Below, in pieces: positions 52,154-60,186 of a DNA stretch of 64,000 nucleotides. The stretch is taken from NCBI GenBank assembly GCA_041685755.1, contig JAWLFC010000003.1, forward strand, positions 26 to 64,025, written 5' to 3'. The position numbers and the translations under genes are program-made. Position 1 is the stretch's first letter. Each line of letters opens with the position of its first letter. The notes beneath the pieces were generated by a model. It was not told the origin of the DNA. It saw nothing but the letters and a program-made list of their open reading frames with translations, and made no database searches. This stretch comes from Ilumatobacteraceae bacterium (GTDB lineage: Bacteria; Actinomycetota; Acidimicrobiia; Acidimicrobiales; Ilumatobacteraceae).

Positions 52154-52342
52154 TCACTCCTCGACTTCCTCCTCGATCTCGTCGCCGACGTCCTCGAGGT
52201 CCTCCTCGACCTCGTCGATGCCGTCGTCGATGTCCTGCTCGATGTCGTCGTCATCGTCGTCGTCGCATGCGACGACGCCCAACGACAGGGTGGCGACTGC
52301 CGAGGCGGCGATGATCCTGTGCGTGATGCTGGTTCTCCTCAT
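52154..52342 (-). CDS. small extremely acidic lipoprotein (candidate)
   Basis: MRRTSITHRIIAASAVATLSLGVVA-C (lipobox), then 37 aa with 25 Asp/Glu and no basic residue (CDDDDDDDIEQDIDDGIDEVEEDLEDVGDEIEEEVEE). Confidence 0.6.
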   Translation of the reverse strand: MRRTSITHRIIAASAVATLSLGVVACDDDDDDDIEQDIDDGIDEVEEDLEDVGDEIEEEVEE

Positions 52343-52380
52343 GCGCTCGCCGGTACCCGAACGGCGCGATGGGGAAACGC

Positions 52381-52764
52381 TCAGTCGTGGAGCATGTCGA
52401 GCAGCTCGCCGACGGTGTGCTGGCCCTCGAGGGGGTGGCGCAGCGGCGTGCGGTCGATGATCTCGTAGTGGTTCCGACGACCGATCTTCTCGCGACGGAG
52501 GTAGCCGGCCTCCTCGAGGTCGTCGAGGATGCGCTGGACGGCGCCGGGCGTGATGCCGACCACGTAGCTGAGGTCGCGCTGGCGGAGGTCGGGGTCACGG
52601 CTGAGTGCGACCATGACGTGCGCGTGGTTCGTCAGGAAGGTCCACGACGGGAGGTCGGGTTTCGGTTCGATCAGCGTCACCACACGATTATACGTATTGG
52701 AAGACGTATGTTGCCCGGGTGGATTCGTGCTGGTGTTCATGATGGAGTGAACGACGCTGTTCAC
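52381..52764 (-). CDS. winged helix-turn-helix transcriptional regulator (MarR/ArsR-like)
   Basis: Motif LRQRDLSYVVGITPGAVQRILDDLEEAGYLRREKIGRRNHY. GTG 52764 overlaps the mrpG stop (GTGA); ATG 52740 is the alternative. Confidence 0.7.
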   Translation of the reverse strand: MNSVVHSIMNTSTNPPGQHTSSNTYNRVVTLIEPKPDLPSWTFLTNHAHVMVALSRDPDLRQRDLSYVVGITPGAVQRILDDLEEAGYLRREKIGRRNHYEIIDRTPLRHPLEGQHTVGELLDMLHD

Positions 52765-53135
52765 GACCGCTCCTCGCCCTCGGAGGACACCGCGCCGCTG
52801 GCGCCGTCACGATCGACCAGCTCGGCTTCGGCGGCGGAGAGATCGTCGACGTGCAGGTGTTCCGACGACGTCGTGCGATGGGTCGCCCGGAACAGCAGGT
52901 GCGTACTCGCCGGCAACGTCAACAGCAGCGCCACGGCCACGATCCCCAGCTCGGCCGCACCGAGTGGACCGACCTCGATGGCCGCACCGATCGCCACGAG
53001 CAAGAACGCGATCGGGCTCGCCTTGCCGGCGGCATGGAACCGGCCGTACGACGTACGGAACCGCAACAACCCGATCGAGGCCAGGAGCGCCACGAATGCC
53101 CCGAGCAGCACGAAGACCGACGAGACGGGATTCAC
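52761..53135 (-). CDS. mrpG: Na+/H+ antiporter Mrp subunit G
   Basis: Motif IGLLRFRTSYGRFHAAGKASPIA. 124 aa. GTGA overlap with mrpF. Confidence 0.8.
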   Translation of the reverse strand: MNPVSSVFVLLGAFVALLASIGLLRFRTSYGRFHAAGKASPIAFLLVAIGAAIEVGPLGAAELGIVAVALLLTLPASTHLLFRATHRTTSSEHLHVDDLSAAEAELVDRDGASGAVSSEGEERS

Positions 53136-53392
53136 GATGATCGTCCCGTCGTCTCCACGAAGCGGCTCAACACGACCGTCGCCGTGAAGGCCACGATCGC
53201 GATCACCACCAGGATGCCGATGTAGAGCGTGTCACCGGTCTCGGCGACGCGGATGGCGATGGCCCCCATCAAGGCCACGAGTGCCGCGTCGAGCGAGATC
53301 ACGCGGTCGGCGAGGTCGGGGCCACGAACGAGCCGGATCCCAGCGAGCACGCCGGCGAGCAGGAACACCGCCACGGCGATGTCGGCGATCAC
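53132..53392 (-). CDS. mrpF: Na+/H+ antiporter Mrp subunit F
   Basis: Last 86 aa of ORF 53132..53875. Motif VRGPDLADRVISLDA, three TMs. GTGA overlap with mrpE. Confidence 0.8.
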   Translation of the reverse strand: MIADIAVAVFLLAGVLAGIRLVRGPDLADRVISLDAALVALMGAIAIRVAETGDTLYIGILVVIAIVAFTATVVLSRFVETTGRSS

Positions 53393-53949
53393 GAACGGAC
53401 CTCCGACTCGGCGCCGGACGCGATCCCGGCGTTGTCGTCTCCGTCGTCGACGGGCAGTGCCCGACACGCCAGGTCGGCGAGACGGCGAACGTGGGCCGTG
53501 ATCTCGTCGGCCTTGTCGGCGTGCAGCAGGTGCAGGTAGAGCCGGCCCGTGTCGGCGTCGGTGTCGACCACCGCAGTGCCCGGCGTCACGGTGACCGCGA
53601 TGACGAGCATCAGCAGGTGCGACCGACTCTCGGCACGGGTGTCGACGGCGATGATCGCCTCGTCGGTGTAGTCGGTCGGCGTCAGGATCTCCCAGGCCAC
53701 GTTCGCCGTCGACACGACGAGGTCGACCGCCACGAGCCACAGGAACTGCAGCAGCGGGACGAAGCGGATCCGGCCGTGGGCCGGATCGACACCGGCGATC
53801 ACGGTGACGGCCAGAGCCACGAGCGTTCCGCTGAGGACGTTCGCCACCGACACCGCCCCCCACAACGCGCACCACGCGGCGACGAGCAGCAGCAGCGTCA
53901 GCAGACGCCGCGGCATCAGGAGCCCCCGGGCGACGCGTCCGGCGTTCAT
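53389..53949 (-). CDS. mrpE: Na+/H+ antiporter Mrp subunit E
   Basis: Last 186 aa of ORF 53389..54741. Motifs LLLLVAAWCALWG and VTPGTAVVD. ATGA overlap with mrpD. Confidence 0.8.
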   Translation of the reverse strand: MNAGRVARGLLMPRRLLTLLLLVAAWCALWGAVSVANVLSGTLVALAVTVIAGVDPAHGRIRFVPLLQFLWLVAVDLVVSTANVAWEILTPTDYTDEAIIAVDTRAESRSHLLMLVIAVTVTPGTAVVDTDADTGRLYLHLLHADKADEITAHVRRLADLACRALPVDDGDDNAGIASGAESEVRS

Positions 53950-55424
53950 CCGAGCACCGCCGTCATGTAGGGGGCACGAGCGAGCAGGTCGCCGCCGATC
54001 TGCTCGCTCATCCGCCACAGTGGGCCGGCCAGGACGGCGATGAGGATCGTGCCGGCGACGGCGATCGTGGCCGCGGACTGCATCACGGTGACCGATCTCC
54101 GACTCGAGGCCGGAACCGCGGGCGGCGTCACCTCGCCCCAGAACGCCCCCATCCAGATCTTCGTCATCGACAGCAGCGTCAGGATGCTGCCGACGAGCGA
54201 CACCGCCACGATCACGTAGGCGCCGGTGGCGATGCCGGCGTCGACGAGCGCGAGCTTGGCCACGAACCCGGAGAACGGCGGCAGACCGGCAAGGCTCAGC
54301 GCCGGCAACGCGAACAGCACGGCGATCACCGGCTTGCTGGTGGCGAGGCCACCCACCTTGTTGAGCGCGGACGTTCCCTGGTCGTCCTCGATCAGCCCGC
54401 CGGCGAGGAACATCACGGTCTTGACCGGGATCTGGTGGACGAGGAACAACACGGCGCCGGCCACGCCGGCGACGGTGAAGAACCCGAGCCCCATGATCAT
54501 GTAGCCGATCTGGCTGACGACGTGGAACGACAAGATGCGCTTGACGTCGTCCTGGGCGAGCGCGCCGGCGACACCGATGATCATCGTGAGCCCGGCGATC
54601 ACCAACAGCAGCGGCCCGAGCTCGTCGAGTTCCATCAGCGTGAAGAACCGGATGAGGACGTACACGCCGATCTTGGTGAGCAGGCCGGCGAAGACGGCGG
54701 TGATCGTCGTCGGTGCCGTCGGATACGAGTCGGGCAGCCACGAGAACAGCGGGAAGATCGCCGCCTTGGTGCCGAACACCACGAGGAACCAGAGCCCGAT
54801 GCCGACCTGGGTTCCCGCCGGCAGCTCGGGGATGCGTTCGGCGAGCAGCGCCATGTTGACCGTGCCGGTCGCCGCGTAGACGATCGCGACCCCGAACAGG
54901 AACAGCGTCGAGGCGAACAGGTTGATCACCACGTAGGTCATGCCGGTGCGGACCTGGGCCTCGCGGCCCTGGTGGGTGAGCAGGACGTAGCTGGCGACCA
55001 GGATCAACTCGAACGCGACGAACAGGGTGAAGAGGTCACCGGTGAGGATGGCCAGGCTGACACCGCCGGTGAGCACCAACAGCATCGGCGCCACGACCGC
55101 CGGGTCGGCTCCGGCAGGGGTGCGGCGCTGGCCGATGGCGAACAGCTCGACGACGAGGATCGTCGCCGTCGACACCAGCAGGATCAGCGCCGCGAACAGG
55201 TCGGCGACGAGCACGATGCCGAGTTCGGGGGCCCACCCGCCGACGCGCAGCACGACCGTGCCGTCACGGTCGACGGCGACGAGCAGCGCCGCCGACAGCC
55301 CGGTCGTGGCCGCCAGGACCGCCAGCGTCACGACGTCGCGCACGGTCGCCCGGCTGCGGAGGCCGAGCACGACCGCCGCGGCGAGCAGCGGGAGCACGGC
55401 CACGAGGCCCACGACGGAGGTCAC
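53946..55424 (-). CDS. mrpD: Na+/H+ antiporter Mrp subunit D
   Basis: 492-aa polytopic ORF. Motifs LFTLFVAFELILVASYVLL, FSWLPDSYPTAP and LVHQIPVKTVMFL. Confidence 0.9.
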   Translation of the reverse strand: MTSVVGLVAVLPLLAAAVVLGLRSRATVRDVVTLAVLAATTGLSAALLVAVDRDGTVVLRVGGWAPELGIVLVADLFAALILLVSTATILVVELFAIGQRRTPAGADPAVVAPMLLVLTGGVSLAILTGDLFTLFVAFELILVASYVLLTHQGREAQVRTGMTYVVINLFASTLFLFGVAIVYAATGTVNMALLAERIPELPAGTQVGIGLWFLVVFGTKAAIFPLFSWLPDSYPTAPTTITAVFAGLLTKIGVYVLIRFFTLMELDELGPLLLVIAGLTMIIGVAGALAQDDVKRILSFHVVSQIGYMIMGLGFFTVAGVAGAVLFLVHQIPVKTVMFLAGGLIEDDQGTSALNKVGGLATSKPVIAVLFALPALSLAGLPPFSGFVAKLALVDAGIATGAYVIVAVSLVGSILTLLSMTKIWMGAFWGEVTPPAVPASSRRSVTVMQSAATIAVAGTILIAVLAGPLWRMSEQIGGDLLARAPYMTAVLG

Positions 55425-55885
55425 GGTGACGCCTCCCCGGTGTCGCGCCCGTCCACGGGCTGGTTCTGGAGCCCCGAGCCGTCCTCGTGATGGGTCTCGA
55501 TCGCCCGCGTCTCGTCGGTGCGTTCGGCGTGTCGCTCGGCGGAGGCGGCGACGCGGCGGTCCTCGACGTCGTCTTCGACCAGATCGTCGCCGGTCAACTG
55601 CTGCTGCCGACGGGCGAGGGCGAGCACGTACAACGTCAGGCCGAACGAGATGACGATGGCGGTCAACGACAGTGCCTGGGGAAGCGGGTTCGCCGTGTCG
55701 TCACGGACGGCGCCGTCGACGATCGGGGGGTCACCGGCAGGGCCACCCGACGCGAGCAGGGCGATCACGGCGGCGTGGCCGAACATGGCGAAACCGAGCA
55801 CCACCCGACTCAGAGACCGCGAGGTCACGAGGAAGGTGCCGGCTGCTGCCAGCCCGGCGACGGCGAGGATCATGGCGGCACTCAC
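55421..55885 (-). CDS. mrpC: Na+/H+ antiporter Mrp subunit C
   Basis: NuoK-like. Motifs SRVVLGFAMFGHAAVIALL and NPLPQALSLTAIVISF. Long acidic C-terminal tail. Confidence 0.85.
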   Translation of the reverse strand: MSAAMILAVAGLAAAGTFLVTSRSLSRVVLGFAMFGHAAVIALLASGGPAGDPPIVDGAVRDDTANPLPQALSLTAIVISFGLTLYVLALARRQQQLTGDDLVEDDVEDRRVAASAERHAERTDETRAIETHHEDGSGLQNQPVDGRDTGEASP

Positions 55886-55889
55886 GGCC

Positions 55890-56348
55890 TCACCGGCGTG
55901 CCTTCATCTCGGAATCGGTGGGAGTGCGGCCACGCTCGGCGAGATCCGACGCGCCGAACCCCTCGAGCAGGGCGATGACGAGCCCGACGACGACCGCGAC
56001 GACGCCGAGATCGAACAACAGCGCCGAGCCGGTCTTCACCGTCCCGAGCACCGGTACGTCCCAGGAGACGACGAACTGGTCGAGCAGCGGCTCACCCCAC
56101 AGCAGCGGCGACAGGGCGTCGACGCCGACGATGACACCACCGATGGCGAGCAGCACTGCTGCGTACTTGGGCTCTTGCAGCCCCGACACGGTGCGCAGGA
56201 CGAGCACGGCGCCGAGCAGCAACCCGGCGGCGAAGCCGCCCCCGGGCTGATTGTGACCGACGAACAGTGCGTACGCGGCGATCAGGAGGGCGATCGGTGT
56301 GACAGCGCTCACCGCCAGCGCCACGATCGGCGAGGTACGAGCGATCAC
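55890..56348 (-). CDS. mrpB: Na+/H+ antiporter Mrp subunit B
   Basis: Motif VGHNQPGGGFAGGLLLG (MnhB motif). 152 aa. 4-nt overlap with mrpA. Confidence 0.85.
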   Translation of the reverse strand: MIARTSPIVALAVSAVTPIALLIAAYALFVGHNQPGGGFAAGLLLGAVLVLRTVSGLQEPKYAAVLLAIGGVIVGVDALSPLLWGEPLLDQFVVSWDVPVLGTVKTGSALLFDLGVVAVVVGLVIALLEGFGASDLAERGRTPTDSEMKARR

Positions 56349-58678
56349 GGCGAGGTCTCCGAGGCGATCGGCTGCGGGTCGCTGCCGCTCGGCGGCAGGT
56401 CGACGGCGGCCGGGACCTTCGCCGGAGCGGGCGTGGTCGCCCGCCGACGGGTGAGCGTGAGGATCCCGACCGCGACCGCCAGCAGCACGATGACCTCACC
56501 GAGCGTGTCGAGCGCCCGGGTGTCGGTGAGGATGACGTTGACCACGTTGTTGCCGCCGCCTTCGTCGACGGCCGACTGCGCGAGTTCGTCGATGGGCGGT
56601 TGCCCGGTCGGCGACGATGCGGCACCGGCGAGCGCCACGGCGATCGCCGCGCCGATGACGACCGACACGGCGATCCGGCCCGCCAGCCACAGACGAGTCG
56701 GCCTCGGGAACTTGGTGGCGAGGCGGCCGAGGCCGAGCACGAAGCCGACGACGATCACCGTCTCGACGAGCAGCTGGGTGAGCACGAGATCGGGTGCACC
56801 GAGCGCCACGAACAGCCCCGCCATGCTGAAGCCGACGGCACCGAGCACGAGGGCCGCGCCCAGACGCGAGCTGACCACCGTGGCGGCCACCGCAGCGGCG
56901 ACGATCATCACGACCAGCACGGCTTCGGCACGGTTGTCCCACAAGTACAGGGCGTCGGTGTCGATCTCGCCGACGAAGGCAGCGGAGGCGGCGCCGACCG
57001 TCGCGACCGTCGTCGCGAGGTACAGCGGCAGCGAGCCGTGCTGGACGACGCCGGCGATGCCCCGGGCGGCACGGCCGATGCTGTCGATGACGGTGTCGGC
57101 GAACGCGGCGCCGCGCGCCGCCGGTCCGGTGAGCACCGTCCGGCGGGCGAGGAGGCCGCCCAGGAGCACGCCGAGCGCCACGACGATCATCGAGGTGACG
57201 AAGGCATCGGTGAGCCCCGGCCAGCGGTACAGCGTGTAGACCACCGCATCGGGTTCGACGATCACGCTGGCCGTCCGCACGACGTCGGTCACCCAGCCGA
57301 GCGCGACGAACCCGGCGACCGACCCGGTGGCGAGGACCACCTGGGGCGCCGACATCGCCGGGCGTCGCGGTGCGACGGTCCGCTCGGCCATCGGCGCCGA
57401 TCCGCCGAACATGCCGAGCAGCAGGCGGGTCGTGTAGGCAACGGTGAGGACGGCACCACCGATGACCAGGCCGCCGACGACGAGGAGCTCGGTGTCGGCG
57501 AGGCCGAGCACGGCTTCGATCGCGGCTTCCTTGGCCGGGAACCCGAGCAGCGGCGGGATGCCGGCCATCGACAGACCCGACACCACCGCGACGCCGAACG
57601 TGATCGGCATCGAACGCCGCAGACCCGAGAGCTCGTTGATGTTGCGGGTGCCGGCGCGGACGTCCACCTCGCCGACCACCATGAACAACGCCGCCTTGAA
57701 CACGGCGTGAGCGACCAGGATCGAGATGGCGGCGAAGGTCGCCTTCGGCGTGCCCATCGCCAGCAGCGTGATCAGCAGGCCGAGCTGCGACACCGTGCCC
57801 CAGGCGAGGATCAGCTTCGCGTCGACGTGGCGCAGCGCGCCGACCGAGCCCCAGATCATGGTGACGAGACCGAACGTCAGCCCGAGCGGCTTCCACACGT
57901 CGGTCTCCTGGAACGCCGGTGCGATCAGGGCGACGAGGATGACACCGGCCTTGACCATCGTCGCCGAGTGCAGGTAGGCGCTGACGGGAGTCGGTGCCGC
58001 CATGGCGCCGGGGAGCCAGACGTGGAACGGGACCTGCGCCGACTTGGTGGCGGCGGCGACGAGGATCAGGATCGCCGCAGCGGTGGCCGTGGACCCGGTG
58101 ACCGGCGTGATGTCGCTCAGCACGGAGGTGCCGGCGGCGTCGACGAACAGCACGAAGCCGGCGAGGAGGGCGAGACCGCCCGAGGCGGTGATGACGAGGG
58201 CGCGCCGCGCCGCAGTGCGGGCGACCGGGTCGGTGTTCTTGAAGCCGACGAGGAGGAACGAGGTGATCGACGTCGCCTCCCAGAACACGAACAACGTCCA
58301 GACCGAGTCGGCCCAGACGAGGCCGACCATCGCCCACGAGAACGCGAGTAGCGTCGCGGCGAACTTGCCCATACCCGCAGCGCTCGAGGAGAAGTAGCCG
58401 ACGGCGTAGACGCACACGAGCGCACCGATGCCGGCGACGAGCAGCGACAGCACTGCTCGGAGGCCGTCGACCCGGAACAAGATCTCCAGGTCGAGTCCAG
58501 GAACCCAGCTGAAGCCCGCCTCGACGACCTCGTCGGAGCCGAGGAGGGTCACCGACCACAGCGCCGTCGCCGCCATCGGGACGGCCGCCACCCACAGCGA
58601 GCTGCGACCGAGGCGCGACCCGGCCACGGCAATCACGAGCACCGCGACGACGAACAGGGCGAGCAGGAACCAGATCAA
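56345..58678 (-). CDS. mrpA: Na+/H+ antiporter Mrp subunit A
   Basis: 777 aa. NuoL-like N-terminal part (FVFWEATSITSFLLVG, HVWLPGAMAAPTP) plus a C-terminal DUF4040/MnhB-like part (VILTDTRALDTLGE). TTG start at 58678 per ORF track, uncertain. Confidence 0.9.
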   Translation of the reverse strand: MIWFLLALFVVAVLVIAVAGSRLGRSSLWVAAVPMAATALWSVTLLGSDEVVEAGFSWVPGLDLEILFRVDGLRAVLSLLVAGIGALVCVYAVGYFSSSAAGMGKFAATLLAFSWAMVGLVWADSVWTLFVFWEATSITSFLLVGFKNTDPVARTAARRALVITASGGLALLAGFVLFVDAAGTSVLSDITPVTGSTATAAAILILVAAATKSAQVPFHVWLPGAMAAPTPVSAYLHSATMVKAGVILVALIAPAFQETDVWKPLGLTFGLVTMIWGSVGALRHVDAKLILAWGTVSQLGLLITLLAMGTPKATFAAISILVAHAVFKAALFMVVGEVDVRAGTRNINELSGLRRSMPITFGVAVVSGLSMAGIPPLLGFPAKEAAIEAVLGLADTELLVVGGLVIGGAVLTVAYTTRLLLGMFGGSAPMAERTVAPRRPAMSAPQVVLATGSVAGFVALGWVTDVVRTASVIVEPDAVVYTLYRWPGLTDAFVTSMIVVALGVLLGGLLARRTVLTGPAARGAAFADTVIDSIGRAARGIAGVVQHGSLPLYLATTVATVGAASAAFVGEIDTDALYLWDNRAEAVLVVMIVAAAVAATVVSSRLGAALVLGAVGFSMAGLFVALGAPDLVLTQLLVETVIVVGFVLGLGRLATKFPRPTRLWLAGRIAVSVVIGAAIAVALAGAASSPTGQPPIDELAQSAVDEGGGNNVVNVILTDTRALDTLGEVIVLLAVAVGILTLTRRRATTPAPAKVPAAVDLPPSGSDPQPIASETSP

Positions 58679-58719
58679 CAGACCCGCACGATAGCGGTCG
58701 ATTTATCTACCCGACCACA

Positions 58720-58748
58720 TTGACCTTTTACAATAGGTGTTTTAAGAT
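58720..58748 (+). promoter_or_regulatory. sigma-70-type promoter predicting a leaderless sigma-factor mRNA
   Basis: TTGACC (58720-58725), 17-nt spacer, TAAGAT (58743-58748). The ATG at 58755 is 7 nt from the -10 hexamer, and no SD is possible. Lies in the most AT-rich stretch of the window. Confidence 0.5.
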
Positions 58749-58754
58749 ACGTCC

Positions 58755-59603
58755 ATGTCCTCAGCATCTGCCACGCGCTCGACGACCACTCCGACGACCA
58801 CTGCGCCGGGCCGTCGACACCGCGTCGACCGACGGGCACTGTTGACCGCGCAGGACGAGCGCACGCTCTCCAAGGCGATCGAGGCGGGGCGTGACGCCGC
58901 CCAGCGCATCGCCGACGGCGCCGCCCGTCACGGCGATGACGAACTGGTCGTCGCCGCCGAGGCGGCCCGCCATCACTTCATCGAGGCCAACATCCGGCTG
59001 GTGCAGAGCATCGCCAACAAGTTCAGCGTCCCCGCCCACCTCGACCGCGAGGACATCGTCCAGGACGGCATGATCGGGCTCGACAAGGCCGTCGAGAAGT
59101 TCGACTGGCGCCGCGGCTACAAGTTCTCCACCTACGCCACGTGGTGGATCCGTCAGTCGATCCAGCGCGGGCTCGAGGCGTCGGCCACGACGATCCGCAT
59201 CCCGGGCCATCGCAGCCGCGAGCTCCGGACCGCGGCGGCTGCCAACCCGGGGCGCCTCCCCGACGAACTGGCAATGGTCGACATGTTGACCCAGCTCGAA
59301 TCGATGGACCGGCCGCTGGGTGACGGCCACGACACGCTCGGCACGATGGTCGCGAGCGACGACGACGGGCCCGACGAGGTCGCCGAGCGCAACGTGCAAC
59401 GCGAGAAGATCGACGCCCTGCTCGAGCACCTCGATGCCACCAGCCAGTATGCAGTCGCCGCCCGGTTCGGGCTCCGCGGTCACGAGCCGGTCACGTTCGC
59501 GGTCATCGCCGAAGAACTCGGCGTCACCCCGCAGGCGGTGCGGCGGCGCGTCGAACGGGCGATCGCCAAGCTGCGCTCGCACGCCGAGCCCATCGCCGCC
59601 TGA
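58755..59603 (+). CDS. sigma-70 family RNA polymerase sigma factor (group 2/3-like, regions 2-4)
   Basis: Motifs ANIRLVQSIANKF, DIVQDGMIGLDKAVEKFD, FSTYATWWIRQSIQR and a C-terminal HTH (FAVIAEELGVTPQAVRR). Confidence 0.9.
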   Translation: MSSASATRSTTTPTTTAPGRRHRVDRRALLTAQDERTLSKAIEAGRDAAQRIADGAARHGDDELVVAAEAARHHFIEANIRLVQSIANKFSVPAHLDREDIVQDGMIGLDKAVEKFDWRRGYKFSTYATWWIRQSIQRGLEASATTIRIPGHRSRELRTAAAANPGRLPDELAMVDMLTQLESMDRPLGDGHDTLGTMVASDDDGPDEVAERNVQREKIDALLEHLDATSQYAVAARFGLRGHEPVTFAVIAEELGVTPQAVRRRVERAIAKLRSHAEPIAA

Positions 59604-59617
59604 GCGTCGACGGTCCC

Positions 59618-60184
59618 GTGACCGAGGCGCCGCCCGCCGACCTCGTTGCCGCCCACGACGTGGTGGCACTCGACGTGCACGGCGTGGTGTTCAACAACCC
59701 GCTGCCGTGGTTCCTCGCCGAGCTGGGCGCGCGATCCGAACTCGGCAGCAACCGGTTCAAGCGGGTGTGGCGGTCGACCTGGCGCGTGCCGTTCTGGGAG
59801 GGGCGCATCAGCGAATCGGAGATGTGGGAGGGGATCGCGCCGGGACTCGACCCGGCGTACCTGCGCGCCGACCTGGAACGGCGCTACCGGCCGGGCCCGT
59901 GGTTCGACTTCGTCGTCGCCCACGACGGACCGGTGTGGCTGCTGTCGAACCACCGCACCGACTGGCTGCTGCCGCGCCTCGAACGCTTCGGACTCACCGA
60001 CCGTTTCGAACGGGTACTGGTGTCGGACGCGCTCGGCGTCGCCAAACCGTCACCCGGAGCGTTCGCGCCGCTCGTCGAGAAGGGGTCGGTGGTGTTCTTC
60101 GACGACTCGCAACGCAACGTCGATGCCGCTCGGGCAGAGGGCCTCGCCGCCGAGCGCGTCGCACCGTCACCACGCCCGGGGTGA
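59618..60184 (+). CDS. HAD superfamily hydrolase (subfamily IA-like, variant motif I)
   Basis: Motif I VVALDVHGVV (DxH instead of DxD), motif II LLSNH, motif III GVAKPSP and motif IV FFDDSQRNV. Confidence 0.7.
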   Translation: MTEAPPADLVAAHDVVALDVHGVVFNNPLPWFLAELGARSELGSNRFKRVWRSTWRVPFWEGRISESEMWEGIAPGLDPAYLRADLERRYRPGPWFDFVVAHDGPVWLLSNHRTDWLLPRLERFGLTDRFERVLVSDALGVAKPSPGAFAPLVEKGSVVFFDDSQRNVDAARAEGLAAERVAPSPRPG

Positions 60185-60186
60185 GT

